Notes: generated by a model not told the origin, from the sequence alone. A DNA stretch of 64,000 nt from an uncultured Planctomycetia bacterium (GCA_964431835.1 CAYSKO010000004.1:7519-71518), one strand, 5' to 3'; numbered from the stretch's first letter, positions 41,433 to 51,683 are shown. Numbers and translations: made by a program.

Positions 41433-42563
41433 CTACGGAATCGAGGAGGCGGCCACCGGCTTTTCCCCTCGAAGCGCCTCGTCGGCGAGATTGAGGAGAA
41501 GTCCGACAGCCGCGAGGTTCGCCAGGAGCGCAGAACCACCGTAGCTGATGAACGGGAGTGAAAGGCCCTTTGTCGGTAGCGCACCGGTCGACACGCCGAT
41601 GTTGATCGCCGCCTGGAGCCCGATGAGTGTTACGAGGCCGAGCCCGACGAGCTGACTGAAGCGGTCCTTCGCCCGAAACACGATCACCATCCCCGCAAAG
41701 AGGAACACGATGAAGAGGACAACGACGGAGCTCGTTCCGAGGAATCCCAGCTCCTCCCCGATGATCGAGAAGATGAAATCCGTGTGCGACTCGGGTAGAT
41801 AGAAGAGCTTCTGCTGGGAGCGGCCGAGCCCGACGCCGATAAGCCCGCCCGAACCCAGCGCCAGGAACGACTGCACGATCTGGAACCCCGCGCCCTTCGG
41901 GTCTTCCCAGGGATTGAAGAACGCTAGAAGACGCTTGCGGCGGTAGGGTTTGGCGAGCATCGCGAACGCCAGGAGCGGCACGGCCGAGAAAACGATCGCC
42001 GAAAGATGCGCGATGCGGAAACCCGCGACGAAGAACATCACGAAGCAGACGAAAGACACCGTGACCGCGGTGCCGAGATCCGGCTGCAAGAAAACGAGTC
42101 CCGCGCAGAACCCGAGCGTCGCCAGCGCCGGAGCGACCGTGTATTTCAAGTCGTGCAGCGTCGCCTGCTTGCGCTCGAGGAAATCGGCCATGTAAAAGAT
42201 GATCGCGATCTTGAGAAACTCGGAGGGCTGGAAGCTGAAGCCGAGGAACTTGAACCAGCGGCGCGCGCCGCCGGCGGCCGCTCCGATTCCGGGGATAAGG
42301 ACAAGAACAAGAAGGACGATAGCCACTCCCAGGAGCGGCTTCGCGCGCCGGCGGACGGCGGCGAGGTCCATGCGCGCTAAGAGACGCGCGAGCAGAGCGC
42401 CCAGGACCAGATACACGAGATGGCGTTTCAAAAAATACGCGCTGTCCTTCATTTTCTCGTGCGCATAGATCGCGCTCGCGCTGTAGATCATGACGATCCC
42501 GATCGCGACAAGCGTCATCGCCGCCCCGATGAGAAGGGTCTTCGCCCTCCGGAGAGCGTCCAT
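41433..42563 (-). CDS. ftsW: peptidoglycan glycosyltransferase FtsW (SEDS family)
   Basis: 376 aa polytopic SEDS protein between murD and murG. Confidence 0.85.
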   Translation of the reverse strand: MDALRRAKTLLIGAAMTLVAIGIVMIYSASAIYAHEKMKDSAYFLKRHLVYLVLGALLARLLARMDLAAVRRRAKPLLGVAIVLLVLVLIPGIGAAAGGARRWFKFLGFSFQPSEFLKIAIIFYMADFLERKQATLHDLKYTVAPALATLGFCAGLVFLQPDLGTAVTVSFVCFVMFFVAGFRIAHLSAIVFSAVPLLAFAMLAKPYRRKRLLAFFNPWEDPKGAGFQIVQSFLALGSGGLIGVGLGRSQQKLFYLPESHTDFIFSIIGEELGFLGTSSVVVLFIVFLFAGMVIVFRAKDRFSQLVGLGLVTLIGLQAAINIGVSTGALPTKGLSLPFISYGGSALLANLAAVGLLLNLADEALRGEKPVAASSIP

Positions 42564-43915
42564 CAGCCGCCCGCCAGCTCGCGGAAAACCTTTTTAAAGG
42601 CTTCCCCTCTTTGCTCGAACGAACTGAACTGGTCGAAGCTCGTGCACATCGGGGACAGGAGCAGCGTGTCTCCGGGAGCGGCGGCCTCGAACGCCGCGCG
42701 CACCGCGTCGGCGAAAACGTGTTCTTGGCGGACCTTTCGGAAACGCCGCCACGACGCGGCCATCTTCTGGCGTGCCTCGCCGTACAGCACCGCCGTCTTC
42801 ACTTTTTTCTCGAGCAGCGTCTCAATGGCCTCGAACGAAACTCCCTTGTCCCGGCCTCCAGCGACGAGAACGACCGACCCCTGGACCGCCTCGATCGCCG
42901 CGCGCGTGGAATCGATGGTCGTCGACTTCGAATCGTTAACGAAACGCACCCCGCGGACCTCCCCGAGAGGCTCGATGCGGTGCTCGAGCGTCCGGAACGA
43001 GCCGGCGGTCTTGTCGAGAGATTCGGGCGTCGCGCCGTAGCGGAGGGCGAGTGCGGAAGCGGCCATCAGGTTTTCCAAGTTGTGTTCCCCTTCAAGTGGC
43101 GAGCGGTCGCGCCGAAAAAGTGGGCGCTCCTTCCCCTTTTCAGAAACCACCACGTATCCGGCTTTGACGAAGACGCCCTCCTTGAGGGGAAGTTTCGAGA
43201 AATAGACGACCTTCGGCGCCACGCGGCGCGCCATGCGGCAGACGACGCGGTCGTCGTGATTGAGAACCAAAAGATCCGCGCCGCGCTGATTGGCGAAGAT
43301 GCGCTTCTTCGCGCGTACGTAATTCTCGAAAGTCTTGTGACGGTCGAGGTGGTTCGGGCTAACGTTCAAGACTGCGGCGGCGTCGGGGCGGAGAGTCGGG
43401 GAGTCTTCAAGCTGAAACGAACTCAGTTCAAGTACGACGACGGTCTTTGCGTCCACGTCACCGAGCGCCGAGAGAAACGAGAAACCGACGTTCCCGCAGA
43501 GCACGCTCTTTTTACCCGCGTCGGCCAGCATCCGGTGAAGAAGGTGGCTCGTCGTGGTTTTGCCGTTCGAGCCCGTGATGGCCGCAATGCGCCCGGGGCA
43601 GAAATTGGCGGCCAGTTCGATCTCGCTGATGACGGGGATGCCCTTCGCGCGCGCGGTGGCCAGCGGCAGGCTCTCCCTCGGCACGCCCGGGCTCGTCACG
43701 ACGAGATCGCTGCCCAGGACAAAACCCTCGGTGTGCCGACCGGTTTCGGCGGCTACCCCGAGACTACGGAGATAACCCGCGTTCTCGAGCACCTCCTTCT
43801 TCTCCGAACCGTCGGTCGCGGACACGTGGGCCTTTCGATCGGCGAGAAACTTCGCCGCGGCGAAGCCGCTGCGGCCTAGGCCGACGACCGTGACTTTCTT
43901 CCCTTCGAGCTTCAT
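42563..43915 (-). CDS. murD: UDP-N-acetylmuramoylalanine--D-glutamate ligase
   Basis: ATG at 43913-43915 overlaps the mraY stop (ATGA); MKLEGKKVTVVGLGRSG..., 450 aa. The track ORF 42563..44527 over-extends. Confidence 0.88.
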   Translation of the reverse strand: MKLEGKKVTVVGLGRSGFAAAKFLADRKAHVSATDGSEKKEVLENAGYLRSLGVAAETGRHTEGFVLGSDLVVTSPGVPRESLPLATARAKGIPVISEIELAANFCPGRIAAITGSNGKTTTSHLLHRMLADAGKKSVLCGNVGFSFLSALGDVDAKTVVVLELSSFQLEDSPTLRPDAAAVLNVSPNHLDRHKTFENYVRAKKRIFANQRGADLLVLNHDDRVVCRMARRVAPKVVYFSKLPLKEGVFVKAGYVVVSEKGKERPLFRRDRSPLEGEHNLENLMAASALALRYGATPESLDKTAGSFRTLEHRIEPLGEVRGVRFVNDSKSTTIDSTRAAIEAVQGSVVLVAGGRDKGVSFEAIETLLEKKVKTAVLYGEARQKMAASWRRFRKVRQEHVFADAVRAAFEAAAPGDTLLLSPMCTSFDQFSSFEQRGEAFKKVFRELAGG

Positions 43916-45000
43916 TGGAGCTTGAGCGTCGCCAGGCCGAACAAAGAAAGGATGATCGAGACGATCCAAAAGCGGATCACGACTTTCGTTTCCGTGAGGC
44001 CCTTCAGCTGAAAATGATGGTGGATCGGCGCCATGAGAAAGATGCGCTTTTTGCGGGTCTTGTAACTGCCAACCTGCAGGATCACCGAGAGCGCTTCCAT
44101 CACGAAAATACCGCCGACGATGGGGAGTGCGAATTCTTTCTTCGTGAAGATCGCTACCGACCCGAGCGCGCCGCCGAGTGCGAGAGACCCGACGTCCCCC
44201 ATGAACACGGTCGCCGGGTGGGAGTTGAACCAGAGGAAACCCATTCCCGCCCCCGCGAGCGCGGCGCAGAAGACGGTCAGCTCCCCGGCTCCGGGAATGA
44301 ACGGGATTTGCAAGTAGTCGCTGAAGATCGCGTTGCCGGCGACGTAAGCGAACACCGAGTAGGTGAGCGTGATCATGATCGTGCAGCCGATGGCCAAACC
44401 GTCCAGACCGTCGGTGAGGTTCACGGCGTTGGACGCGCCCATGATGACAATCGCGACGAAGGGCACATACAGCGCCCCCATGAGCCATGTCCAGTCCTTC
44501 ACAAACGGAATCGCGACGTTGGACCAAGTAGGGTCCTCGAGATAAAGGAAAAGACCGATTGCGAGGCCGATGACCCCCTGCCCCAGGAGCTTGAGCCGCC
44601 CTGCGAGGCCTTTGGAGTTTTTTTTCGTGAGCTTCAAGTAATCGTCGAGAAAGCCGACGCCGCCGAGCCAGAGCGTCGTGAAAAGACAGATCATGACGTA
44701 ACGGTTCGTGAGATCGACCCAGAGGAGCGTGGAGGCGGTCACCGCTCCCAGGATCAAAAGCCCGCCCATTGTCGGCGTCTTGTCCTTCCCCTTATGGGCC
44801 TCGTAAAGCTGGGAGAATCCCTCGCGCTTGATTGTCTGTTTGAGGTCGAGGTCGGAGAGCCACCGTATCACCTTCGGTCCGATCACGAGACTGATCACGA
44901 ACGCGGTGATCGCCGCCGCGGCGGCGCGGAAAGTGATGTACCGCACGACGTTAAAACCGAAGAACCAGTCTCTTAGCGGGTAGAGGAGGTGGTAAAACAC
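43912..45000 (-). CDS. mraY: phospho-N-acetylmuramoyl-pentapeptide transferase
   Basis: 362 aa polytopic; MraY motifs (DDxxD-like, HHHFQ). Confidence 0.9.
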   Translation of the reverse strand: MFYHLLYPLRDWFFGFNVVRYITFRAAAAAITAFVISLVIGPKVIRWLSDLDLKQTIKREGFSQLYEAHKGKDKTPTMGGLLILGAVTASTLLWVDLTNRYVMICLFTTLWLGGVGFLDDYLKLTKKNSKGLAGRLKLLGQGVIGLAIGLFLYLEDPTWSNVAIPFVKDWTWLMGALYVPFVAIVIMGASNAVNLTDGLDGLAIGCTIMITLTYSVFAYVAGNAIFSDYLQIPFIPGAGELTVFCAALAGAGMGFLWFNSHPATVFMGDVGSLALGGALGSVAIFTKKEFALPIVGGIFVMEALSVILQVGSYKTRKKRIFLMAPIHHHFQLKGLTETKVVIRFWIVSIILSLFGLATLKLQ

Positions 45001-46355
45001 TCGAACACCTTTTCCATCTGCATGCCGCGCGAGCCCTTCACGAGGACCCGGTCGCCGGCCTGAACGGTTTCTTTGAGGAATTTCCCGGCCTCGGCGCTCG
45101 ACTTCGCGTGACGGATGCGCTGGGGGTCGAAGCCGTGTTTGAGTGCCTCGTCGACGAGGTGTGCCGAAAGAGGTCCGGTCGCGATGACGTAATCGAAGAG
45201 AAGCTCAGCGATGAGCGCGCCGAGCTGGCGGTGAAGCTCCTCGGAATGAGAGCCGAGCTCAAGCATGTCGCCGCAGACGACGCCTTTCCTCTCGCGGATC
45301 TTAAGTTCCCGGAGCGTTTCGAGCGCGGCGCGGAAGGATGCTGGGTTCGAGTTGTACGAATCATCGATGAAGTAGATTCCGGCCAGGGTCTTTGGCGAGA
45401 GGCGACCGGGCACGGGCTTGAATGTGGAGAGTGCCTTTTTCACGGAGTCATCGTCGACGCCTAGCGCGGCGGCGATCGCGATGGCGAACTGGCAGTTCTG
45501 CACGTTGTGCCGCCCCACGAGAGGCGTCTCGTAAAGAACGGCTCCGATATGGAAGGAAGTCCCCTTTTCGTGGCACCAGACCTGCTCTGCAATCACGTCA
45601 CAGCCTTCCTTCGACAGACCGACCCGGACCACGCGGTGCACACCGCTCTTTACACCGGAGAGATTGGGATCGTGCCCGTTCAAAATGATCACGCCGCCCC
45701 GGTCGATGGCTTTAAGGAGGGAAAGTTTTTCCTCGCGGACACCGTCGACCGACTTCAAGCCCTCGAGATGGGACGGCGCGACGAGCGTGATCGCGCCGAT
45801 CTGCGGCGAGGCGATCGAAGCCAGCCGCTCGATCTCGCCCGGGAGGTTCGTCCCCAGCTCGAGGATGACCGCCTCGTGCGAGGCGTCGAGTTGGAGAAGC
45901 GTTTTGGGCACGCCGATGAGATTGTTCTCGGTGCCGCGGTTCTTCAAAACTTTGAGCTTCTGCGAAAGGACGTGCGCGACGAGCTCTTTCACAGTCGTCT
46001 TGCCGGAGCTTCCAGTGATCCCTACGACCGGAACGCGGAAGCGCAGGCGCCAGGCCTTCGCCAGGTCGCCGTAAGCCGCGAGCGTGTCCTTCACTTCGAC
46101 AAACTCGGCGGTCTTCTTGAGTTCCGCGGTGACACGCTTCGTGTCCGAGACAACGCAGGTACGCGCGCCCTTTTCGATGGCCTCCTTCAGGAAGTCGTGG
46201 CCGTCGAAGGACGGCCCTTTGAGGGCGAAGAAGACGTCGTCCTTCTCGATGGTGCGCGTGTCGGTGGAGACGCGATTCACGGGGCGGGCGTCGTCGATCG
46301 CGCCGAGCGGTTTCCCGTTCACGGCACGGACGATCTCCGAGAGTTTAATTTCCAC
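44973..46355 (-). CDS. murF: UDP-N-acetylmuramoyl-tripeptide--D-alanyl-D-alanine ligase
   Basis: Probable GTG at 46353-46355 (RBS GAGAGGG), overlapping the end of murE; Mur ligase P-loop GSSGKTT. The track ORF start at 46427 lies inside murE. Confidence 0.8.
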   Translation of the reverse strand: MEIKLSEIVRAVNGKPLGAIDDARPVNRVSTDTRTIEKDDVFFALKGPSFDGHDFLKEAIEKGARTCVVSDTKRVTAELKKTAEFVEVKDTLAAYGDLAKAWRLRFRVPVVGITGSSGKTTVKELVAHVLSQKLKVLKNRGTENNLIGVPKTLLQLDASHEAVILELGTNLPGEIERLASIASPQIGAITLVAPSHLEGLKSVDGVREEKLSLLKAIDRGGVIILNGHDPNLSGVKSGVHRVVRVGLSKEGCDVIAEQVWCHEKGTSFHIGAVLYETPLVGRHNVQNCQFAIAIAAALGVDDDSVKKALSTFKPVPGRLSPKTLAGIYFIDDSYNSNPASFRAALETLRELKIRERKGVVCGDMLELGSHSEELHRQLGALIAELLFDYVIATGPLSAHLVDEALKHGFDPQRIRHAKSSAEAGKFLKETVQAGDRVLVKGSRGMQMEKVFECFTTSSTR

Positions 46356-47805
46356 GCAGGACCCTCTCGGCTTCCTCGCGGTCGGAAAAAGGAAGCATCT
46401 CCGCGCCGACAATCTGCGTGCGTTCATGGCCTTTGCCGGCCAAGATTACGATGTCGCCCGCGCGGGCGGCCAAGAGTGCCTGGCGAATCGCTTTGCGCCG
46501 GTCGAGCACGACCGCGTGCGGGAACGCGTGCGGGAAACCGGCGACGATCTCGTCGGCGATCGCGCGGGGGTTTTCGGAGCGAGGGTTGTCCGACGTCACA
46601 ATCACCGAGTCCGCGAGCGCTGCCGCGACGGCGGCCATCCGGGGACGTTTGGTGCGGTCGCGGTCTCCGCCGCAGCCGAAGACGAGGATGAGCTTGCCGC
46701 GTTTGTAGGGTTGAAGGCTTCTCAAGACGTTCTCCAAGCCGTCCGGCGTGTGCGCGAAATCGACGTACACGCCGAATTCCTGTCCGCCGTCGATGGACTC
46801 GAGCCGGCCGGGCACGCCCGAAAACGTGCCAAGCGCTTTCGCGGCGGCGTGCGGGTCGAACCCGAGCGCGGCCGCCGCCCCGACGGCCGCGAGCGCATTC
46901 AAAACGTTGTGGCTCCCGATCAGCGGAAGATCCACCGCCGTGCGGCCGCTTCTATAAAGGAAGTCGAACGTCGTGCCGCCCGTTCCCGGCCGGACGTTCG
47001 CGGCGGCGAGATCCGAGCCGGCCGAAACGCCGTAGGTCAGCACTTTCGAGCGCGTCATGCCGCAGAGACGTTTTCCGTGTGCGTCGTCGGCGTTCAGCAC
47101 GGCGGTCTGGCGTGCGCCCAGCGAAAGAAAAAGGCGGGCCTTTGCCTCGAAATACTTCTCGAGCGTCCCGTGGTAGTCGAGATGGTCCTGGGTGAGGTTG
47201 GTGAACACCGCCGCGTCGAAGTCGATGCCTGCGGTGCGCCGCTGGTCGAGGGCGTGCGATGAAGTTTCCATGACCGCGTGCCCGCAGCCGGCAGCGACCA
47301 TTTCGGCTAGCATCTCCTGGAGTCGCAGCGGGCCCGGGGTCGTTTCGACGGCCGGGATGTCCTTCCCCGCGTAGCGGTAGCTGACGGTCCCGATGACGCC
47401 GCACGGCTTGCCGGCCGCCTTGAGGATGTGTTCGAAAAGATAACTCGTCGTGGTCTTCCCGTTCGTGCCGGTAACAGCCACCGTCTTCATTTTCTTGGCG
47501 GGATACCCGTAAAACACGGCGGCCAGTCTAGCGGCGGCCAGGCGGCCGTCTCCGACCGTGAGAAACGGCACCCCGACAGGAACGTCCACACGCGCGCCGT
47601 CCCCGATCACCGCGACCGCGCCGCGTTCGAGCGCCTCGCGCACGAACTGCGCGCCATCGGCCTTCACGCCCCGGATCGCCACGAAAACGAAGTCACGTCC
47701 CACTTTCCGGGAATCGCACTCGAGCCCGAGAATGGGACGGTCCGGCAGCGCCGAGACGCCCAGCTCCGGACACGCCTCCTGGACGAGCTTCTTGAGTGAA
47801 ATCAT
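46345..47805 (-). CDS. murE: UDP-N-acetylmuramoyl-L-alanyl-D-glutamate--2,6-diaminopimelate ligase
   Basis: 486 aa; GTNGKTT P-loop; DAP-type DNPR motif (SDNPRSE); ATGA overlap with ftsI. Confidence 0.88.
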   Translation of the reverse strand: MISLKKLVQEACPELGVSALPDRPILGLECDSRKVGRDFVFVAIRGVKADGAQFVREALERGAVAVIGDGARVDVPVGVPFLTVGDGRLAAARLAAVFYGYPAKKMKTVAVTGTNGKTTTSYLFEHILKAAGKPCGVIGTVSYRYAGKDIPAVETTPGPLRLQEMLAEMVAAGCGHAVMETSSHALDQRRTAGIDFDAAVFTNLTQDHLDYHGTLEKYFEAKARLFLSLGARQTAVLNADDAHGKRLCGMTRSKVLTYGVSAGSDLAAANVRPGTGGTTFDFLYRSGRTAVDLPLIGSHNVLNALAAVGAAAALGFDPHAAAKALGTFSGVPGRLESIDGGQEFGVYVDFAHTPDGLENVLRSLQPYKRGKLILVFGCGGDRDRTKRPRMAAVAAALADSVIVTSDNPRSENPRAIADEIVAGFPHAFPHAVVLDRRKAIRQALLAARAGDIVILAGKGHERTQIVGAEMLPFSDREEAERVLRGN

Positions 47806-49577
47806 CGGGCCGTCGCCGCCGCGGCCGGCGCGTTTTGGGGCTTCTTATACAAAGGTTTCCTGAGGGTGGAGTTTTTGACGACTTCGGACGGAATCTCGGT
47901 CCGTGAGACTCCCCAGTACGAGAGAATTCCCGAGGCGACGCGGGAGAACGCGGGAGCCGCAACCTCGCCGCCAAAAATAACCGGGTGCGGTTCGTCGATG
48001 GAAACCACCATCACGAGCTTCGGTTCGTCGTATGGAACGAAACCGGTGAACGACGCCACGAAATGGTCGTGCGAATAGCCGCCCTCGGGGAGAATTTTCT
48101 GCGCGGTCCCGGTTTTACCCGCCGCCTTAAAGCCGGGGACGGCGGCTTTCTTGCCCGTTCCGCGCGCGACGACGCCCTCGAGCACCGAACGCACCTGGAG
48201 GGACGTTTCTTTCGAAATGACGCGGCGCACCGCCTCGGGCTCGTAGCTTTGCACGACCCGACCGTCTTGATCCTCGATGCGCAGAAGAATACGCGGCTTC
48301 ATGAGTACGCCGTCGTTGGCGAGCGCGCCCATCGCGCAGACCATCTGGATCGGCGTGACGGCGACGCCTTGCCCGATCGGGATATTGATGATGGAGCTCC
48401 TCGACCAGTTGCGCGGATGCGGGACGATGCCGCCCACTTCGCCGGCGAGTGCGATGCCCGTACGGTCGCCGAACCCGAAATCGCGGATAGTCTTGTGGAG
48501 CTTCGTCGCGCCCAAACGCATCGCGCCCTTCACGGTGCCGATGTTCGATGATTTCTCGATAACCTCCCGGAACGTGAGGACTCCCGACCCGTGGTGATCG
48601 TGCAACACGCGCCCGGCGACGCGCCAGGACCCGCGTTCGCAGTCGAACTTCTCTTCCAGTCCGATGGTCTTGTTCTCGAGGATCGAAGCGAGCGTGATAC
48701 CCTTGAAGATGGAACCGGGTTCGTAAATGTCGGTAATCGCACGGTTGCGGCGGTCGGATGTTTTTGATTTACGTGCGTTGTTCGGATCATAAATCGGCCA
48801 GGTGGACATCGCCAGAACGTCGCCCGTTCGTGGTTCGAGCACAATGATCGAGCCGCCGATCGCGTTGTGCTTTTTGCAGGTTTCTTCGAGCTCCTTGTCC
48901 GCGATCGACTGGATCACTTCGTCGATCGTCAGATGGATATTGTAGCCGTGGACCGGCGGAACGAGCTCGATCTCCTTCGAAATCAGCTCCCGCTGCTTGG
49001 CGTCCCTCTGGGCGAGACGCCAGCCCGGCACGCCTTTCAGGAAACTATTGTACTGGAGCTCGATGCCTTCCAAACCGTTGTTGTCGATGTCCGTGAATCC
49101 GACCAAGTGGCACGCCGTCTCGCCCTTCGGATACACGCGCATGGACTCCTTCTCGAAACCGATGCCCTCGAGCTTCATTTTCTTGATGGCCTCTACTTTC
49201 GAGACCGGCAGCTTACGCGCAATCCAGACGAACAGCTTGTCGCGCGATATCTTTTCCAATAGGACGCCCCGGTCGAGGCCAAGCGTGCGAGAGAGGGCGT
49301 CGGCGACCTTCGCCTTGTCCTTGATCTCGCGGGCGACGACGTAGAGCGAGTCGAGGCGAACGTCGAGTGCGAATTCGCGGCCGGCGCGGTCCATAATGCG
49401 ACCGCGGGCAGGCTGCATTTCGATCGTCGAGCGCGACTGCCCGCGCTGGAGCGTCGTGAATTTGGAGGATTTTAGGATTTGGAGGAAGCCGAGACGAACG
49501 AGGAGCCCGAAGAGGGCTAGGATGAAAAAGGAGAAGATGAGGAATAAGCGCGCTTTAGGAAGCCTTGTCTCGGCCAA
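47802..49577 (-). CDS. ftsI: peptidoglycan D,D-transpeptidase FtsI (PBP3)
   Basis: 591 aa; N-terminal TM, PBP dimerisation domain, transpeptidase motifs (KSGT). Confidence 0.88.
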   Translation of the reverse strand: MAETRLPKARLFLIFSFFILALFGLLVRLGFLQILKSSKFTTLQRGQSRSTIEMQPARGRIMDRAGREFALDVRLDSLYVVAREIKDKAKVADALSRTLGLDRGVLLEKISRDKLFVWIARKLPVSKVEAIKKMKLEGIGFEKESMRVYPKGETACHLVGFTDIDNNGLEGIELQYNSFLKGVPGWRLAQRDAKQRELISKEIELVPPVHGYNIHLTIDEVIQSIADKELEETCKKHNAIGGSIIVLEPRTGDVLAMSTWPIYDPNNARKSKTSDRRNRAITDIYEPGSIFKGITLASILENKTIGLEEKFDCERGSWRVAGRVLHDHHGSGVLTFREVIEKSSNIGTVKGAMRLGATKLHKTIRDFGFGDRTGIALAGEVGGIVPHPRNWSRSSIINIPIGQGVAVTPIQMVCAMGALANDGVLMKPRILLRIEDQDGRVVQSYEPEAVRRVISKETSLQVRSVLEGVVARGTGKKAAVPGFKAAGKTGTAQKILPEGGYSHDHFVASFTGFVPYDEPKLVMVVSIDEPHPVIFGGEVAAPAFSRVASGILSYWGVSRTEIPSEVVKNSTLRKPLYKKPQNAPAAAATAR

Positions 49578-49665
49578 AATGATAAAAGTGCGATCGCTCG
49601 CACCCCTGTAGTTTTCGGTCGTTTACGACGCCGCGCCGCCGATGCCGGACAATGAATCTTTGGAG

Positions 49666-50019
49666 CTACCGCGAACTTTCCTTGGCCTCGGCTCTCGCCG
49701 TGCCCATGAACAGTTTGCCGAACACCTGCGGGCGCGCAACCGCGGCGTGCGACTTGCGCACTCCCGGCATCACCAGCGTCTGCCACTGCTTCGGCGACTC
49801 GAGCTGGATCCGCTGAGCCTGCAAACGCCGCTCGAGAGTATGCGGCGCTTTCAGTCGAGCGATATTGTACTTGAGGGCTCTACCGCGGTCAAGCGCCTGG
49901 AGCTTCGTTTCCTCGATTTTTCGGATGTCGTAGCCGATCTTAACCGCTTCCACCTCGGCGTAGACATAAAAGAGAGAGGCGAGCGTCGCCAGAGCCAGTC
50001 CGAACCCGAAACGCTTCAT
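49666..50019 (-). CDS. ftsL: cell division protein FtsL
   Basis: 117 aa bitopic coiled-coil protein between rsmH and ftsI. Confidence 0.7.
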   Translation of the reverse strand: MKRFGFGLALATLASLFYVYAEVEAVKIGYDIRKIEETKLQALDRGRALKYNIARLKAPHTLERRLQAQRIQLESPKQWQTLVMPGVRKSHAAVARPQVFGKLFMGTARAEAKESSR

Positions 50020-50918
50020 CGCGCGTCCTCCGCGGCTTTACGAAACGCCCGGAGTTTCGCGCTGCGGGAGCGCGGATTCGAGGCCGTTTCGACGTCGGAG
50101 GCGGTCACCGGCTTCTTCGTGAGGATCTCCCCTTTACCGCCGTCCTGGAACGAGCGGAACGCGCGCTTGACGATGCGGTCCTCGAGAGAATGAAACGAGA
50201 TGATCGTGAGCCTTCCGCCCGGCGCCAGAATGTCGAGCGCGGACTCGAGGAAAGTGGAAAGAGATTCGAGTTCGTGGTTCACGGCGATACGGAGCGCTTG
50301 AAACGTGCGCGTCGCCGGATGGATGCGGCCGTAGCGGTAAGGCGCAGGAACCGCGGAGCGCACGAGCTCAGCGAGCTCGGCCGTCGTCTTGAGCGGAGCT
50401 GATGCGCGGGCCATCGCGATGCGGCCGGCGATACGGCGAGCGTAGCGCTCTTCCCCGTATTCGCGGATGATGCGTTCGATCTCGTGCTCCGGAAGCCGGT
50501 TCACGAGATCCGCGGCGGTCGGTCCGGTGCCGGGGTTCATTCGCATGTCGAGCGGGCCTTCCTGCGAGAACGAGAAGCCGCGAGCCGGCTCATCCACCTG
50601 AGGTGAGGAGACGCCCAGATCCAAAAGCAGGGAGTCCACGCGGCCGACTCCGGCGTCGCGCAGCCTGTTTACCATGTTTTTGAAATCGTCGTTCATGATC
50701 ATGACTTTATCCCCGTGTGCCCTTAGTCTCTCGCCCGCCGCCCGAACCGCGCTCGGATCCTTGTCGAATCCGATCAGCCGGCCGTCAGGCCCTAGTTTTT
50801 CTAGAATGCGTTCGGCATGCCCACCGTAGCCAACCGTGCCGTCCACGGCCGTCTCGCCCGGCCGAGGCGCGAGAAAGTGCAATGTTTCCTCTAAAAGAAC
50901 GCTTGTATGCGGACCCAT
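50016..50918 (-). CDS. rsmH: 16S rRNA (cytosine1402-N4)-methyltransferase
   Basis: 300 aa MraW family (DGTVGYGGH, SAM-binding). Confidence 0.9.
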   Translation of the reverse strand: MGPHTSVLLEETLHFLAPRPGETAVDGTVGYGGHAERILEKLGPDGRLIGFDKDPSAVRAAGERLRAHGDKVMIMNDDFKNMVNRLRDAGVGRVDSLLLDLGVSSPQVDEPARGFSFSQEGPLDMRMNPGTGPTAADLVNRLPEHEIERIIREYGEERYARRIAGRIAMARASAPLKTTAELAELVRSAVPAPYRYGRIHPATRTFQALRIAVNHELESLSTFLESALDILAPGGRLTIISFHSLEDRIVKRAFRSFQDGGKGEILTKKPVTASDVETASNPRSRSAKLRAFRKAAEDAR

Positions 50919-50943
50919 GCCCCCTCAGCACGACGGCGGCCCG

Positions 50944-51129
50944 TCAGCGCGTACGCGCCTTTGCCTTCGTGATGAACACGAATTCCCGGATTTTCTTCAC
51001 GCTGAGAAGACGGTCGAAGAACACGCGCGAATCGCCGTCCAGTCCGGAAAACGGCGGCAGCGCGTTACGGCGCTTGTCGTTTTCGACGGAGTCGAGCCCG
51101 TGAAGGTAGAGCCGGTTCTTCTTCATCAT
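50944..51129 (-). CDS. hypothetical small protein (61 aa) between mraZ and rsmH
   Basis: ATGATG at 51124-51129, 5 nt downstream of AAGGGGGA and immediately after the mraZ stop; high GC3 codon usage; product MMKKNRLYLHGLDSVENDKRRNALPPFSGLDGDSRVFFDRLLSVKKIREFVFITKAKARTR. No family recognised. Confidence 0.45.
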   Translation of the reverse strand: MMKKNRLYLHGLDSVENDKRRNALPPFSGLDGDSRVFFDRLLSVKKIREFVFITKAKARTR

Positions 51130-51145
51130 GGCGTCCCCCTTTTGT

Positions 51146-51607
51146 TCAAGGCGTCTGTGGATTCTCAAGCGTACCACCGTACAACTTCTCCGCGATCTTC
51201 TCGAACGAGTCCTTCGTGTTCGCGAAGTACTGCTGCCAGCCTTCCTTCGCCCAGATTTCCATGCGGTTCGACACGCCCACGATCATCACGTCGCGCTTGA
51301 TCTGGGCGAAATCCTTCAGGTAATCCGGTATTAGAACCCGACCCTGCTTATCGCAGGTGACTTCGCACGCGCCCGAGAAGTAGAGGCGGTTGAATTGCCG
51401 CGCCTCGCTAGAAGTGAAAGGTAGGGCCTTGAAGCGGGCCTCCTGCTTTCGCCATTCCTCCTCGGTGAAGACGAAGAGACATGTATCCAAACCCCGAGTG
51501 ACAAAAAATCGTTCCACATAATTTTCTTTGAATACCTCCCGGAATTTCGACGGGATAATGAGCCGCCCTTTGCGATCGATGCTGTGCTCATGCTCACCGT
51601 AGAACAT
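51146..51607 (-). CDS. mraZ: transcriptional regulator MraZ
   Basis: ATG at 51605-51607 gives MFYGEHEHSIDRKGRLIIP... with two MraZ repeats (DxxxR), 153 aa. The track ORF begins 16 codons earlier, inside the promoter. Confidence 0.85.
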   Translation of the reverse strand: MFYGEHEHSIDRKGRLIIPSKFREVFKENYVERFFVTRGLDTCLFVFTEEEWRKQEARFKALPFTSSEARQFNRLYFSGACEVTCDKQGRVLIPDYLKDFAQIKRDVMIVGVSNRMEIWAKEGWQQYFANTKDSFEKIAEKLYGGTLENPQTP

Positions 51608-51654
51608 TCTGCGTATCCCCCACTTTTCACCACTTTGTGGCCCGTCCTGCCACA

Positions 51655-51683
51655 ACTATACCCCAGGGGATGTACACTGTCAA
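51655..51683 (-). promoter_or_regulatory. Pmra promoter: -35 TTGACA (51678-51683), 17-nt spacer, -10 TATAGT (51655-51660), minus strand
   Basis: Consensus -35 and near-consensus -10 with optimal spacing about 47 nt upstream of the mraZ ATG. Between promoter and ATG lie GTGG-containing repeats (GTGGC, GTGGT, GTGGG), the last two 10 nt apart, possibly MraZ boxes. Confidence 0.7.
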
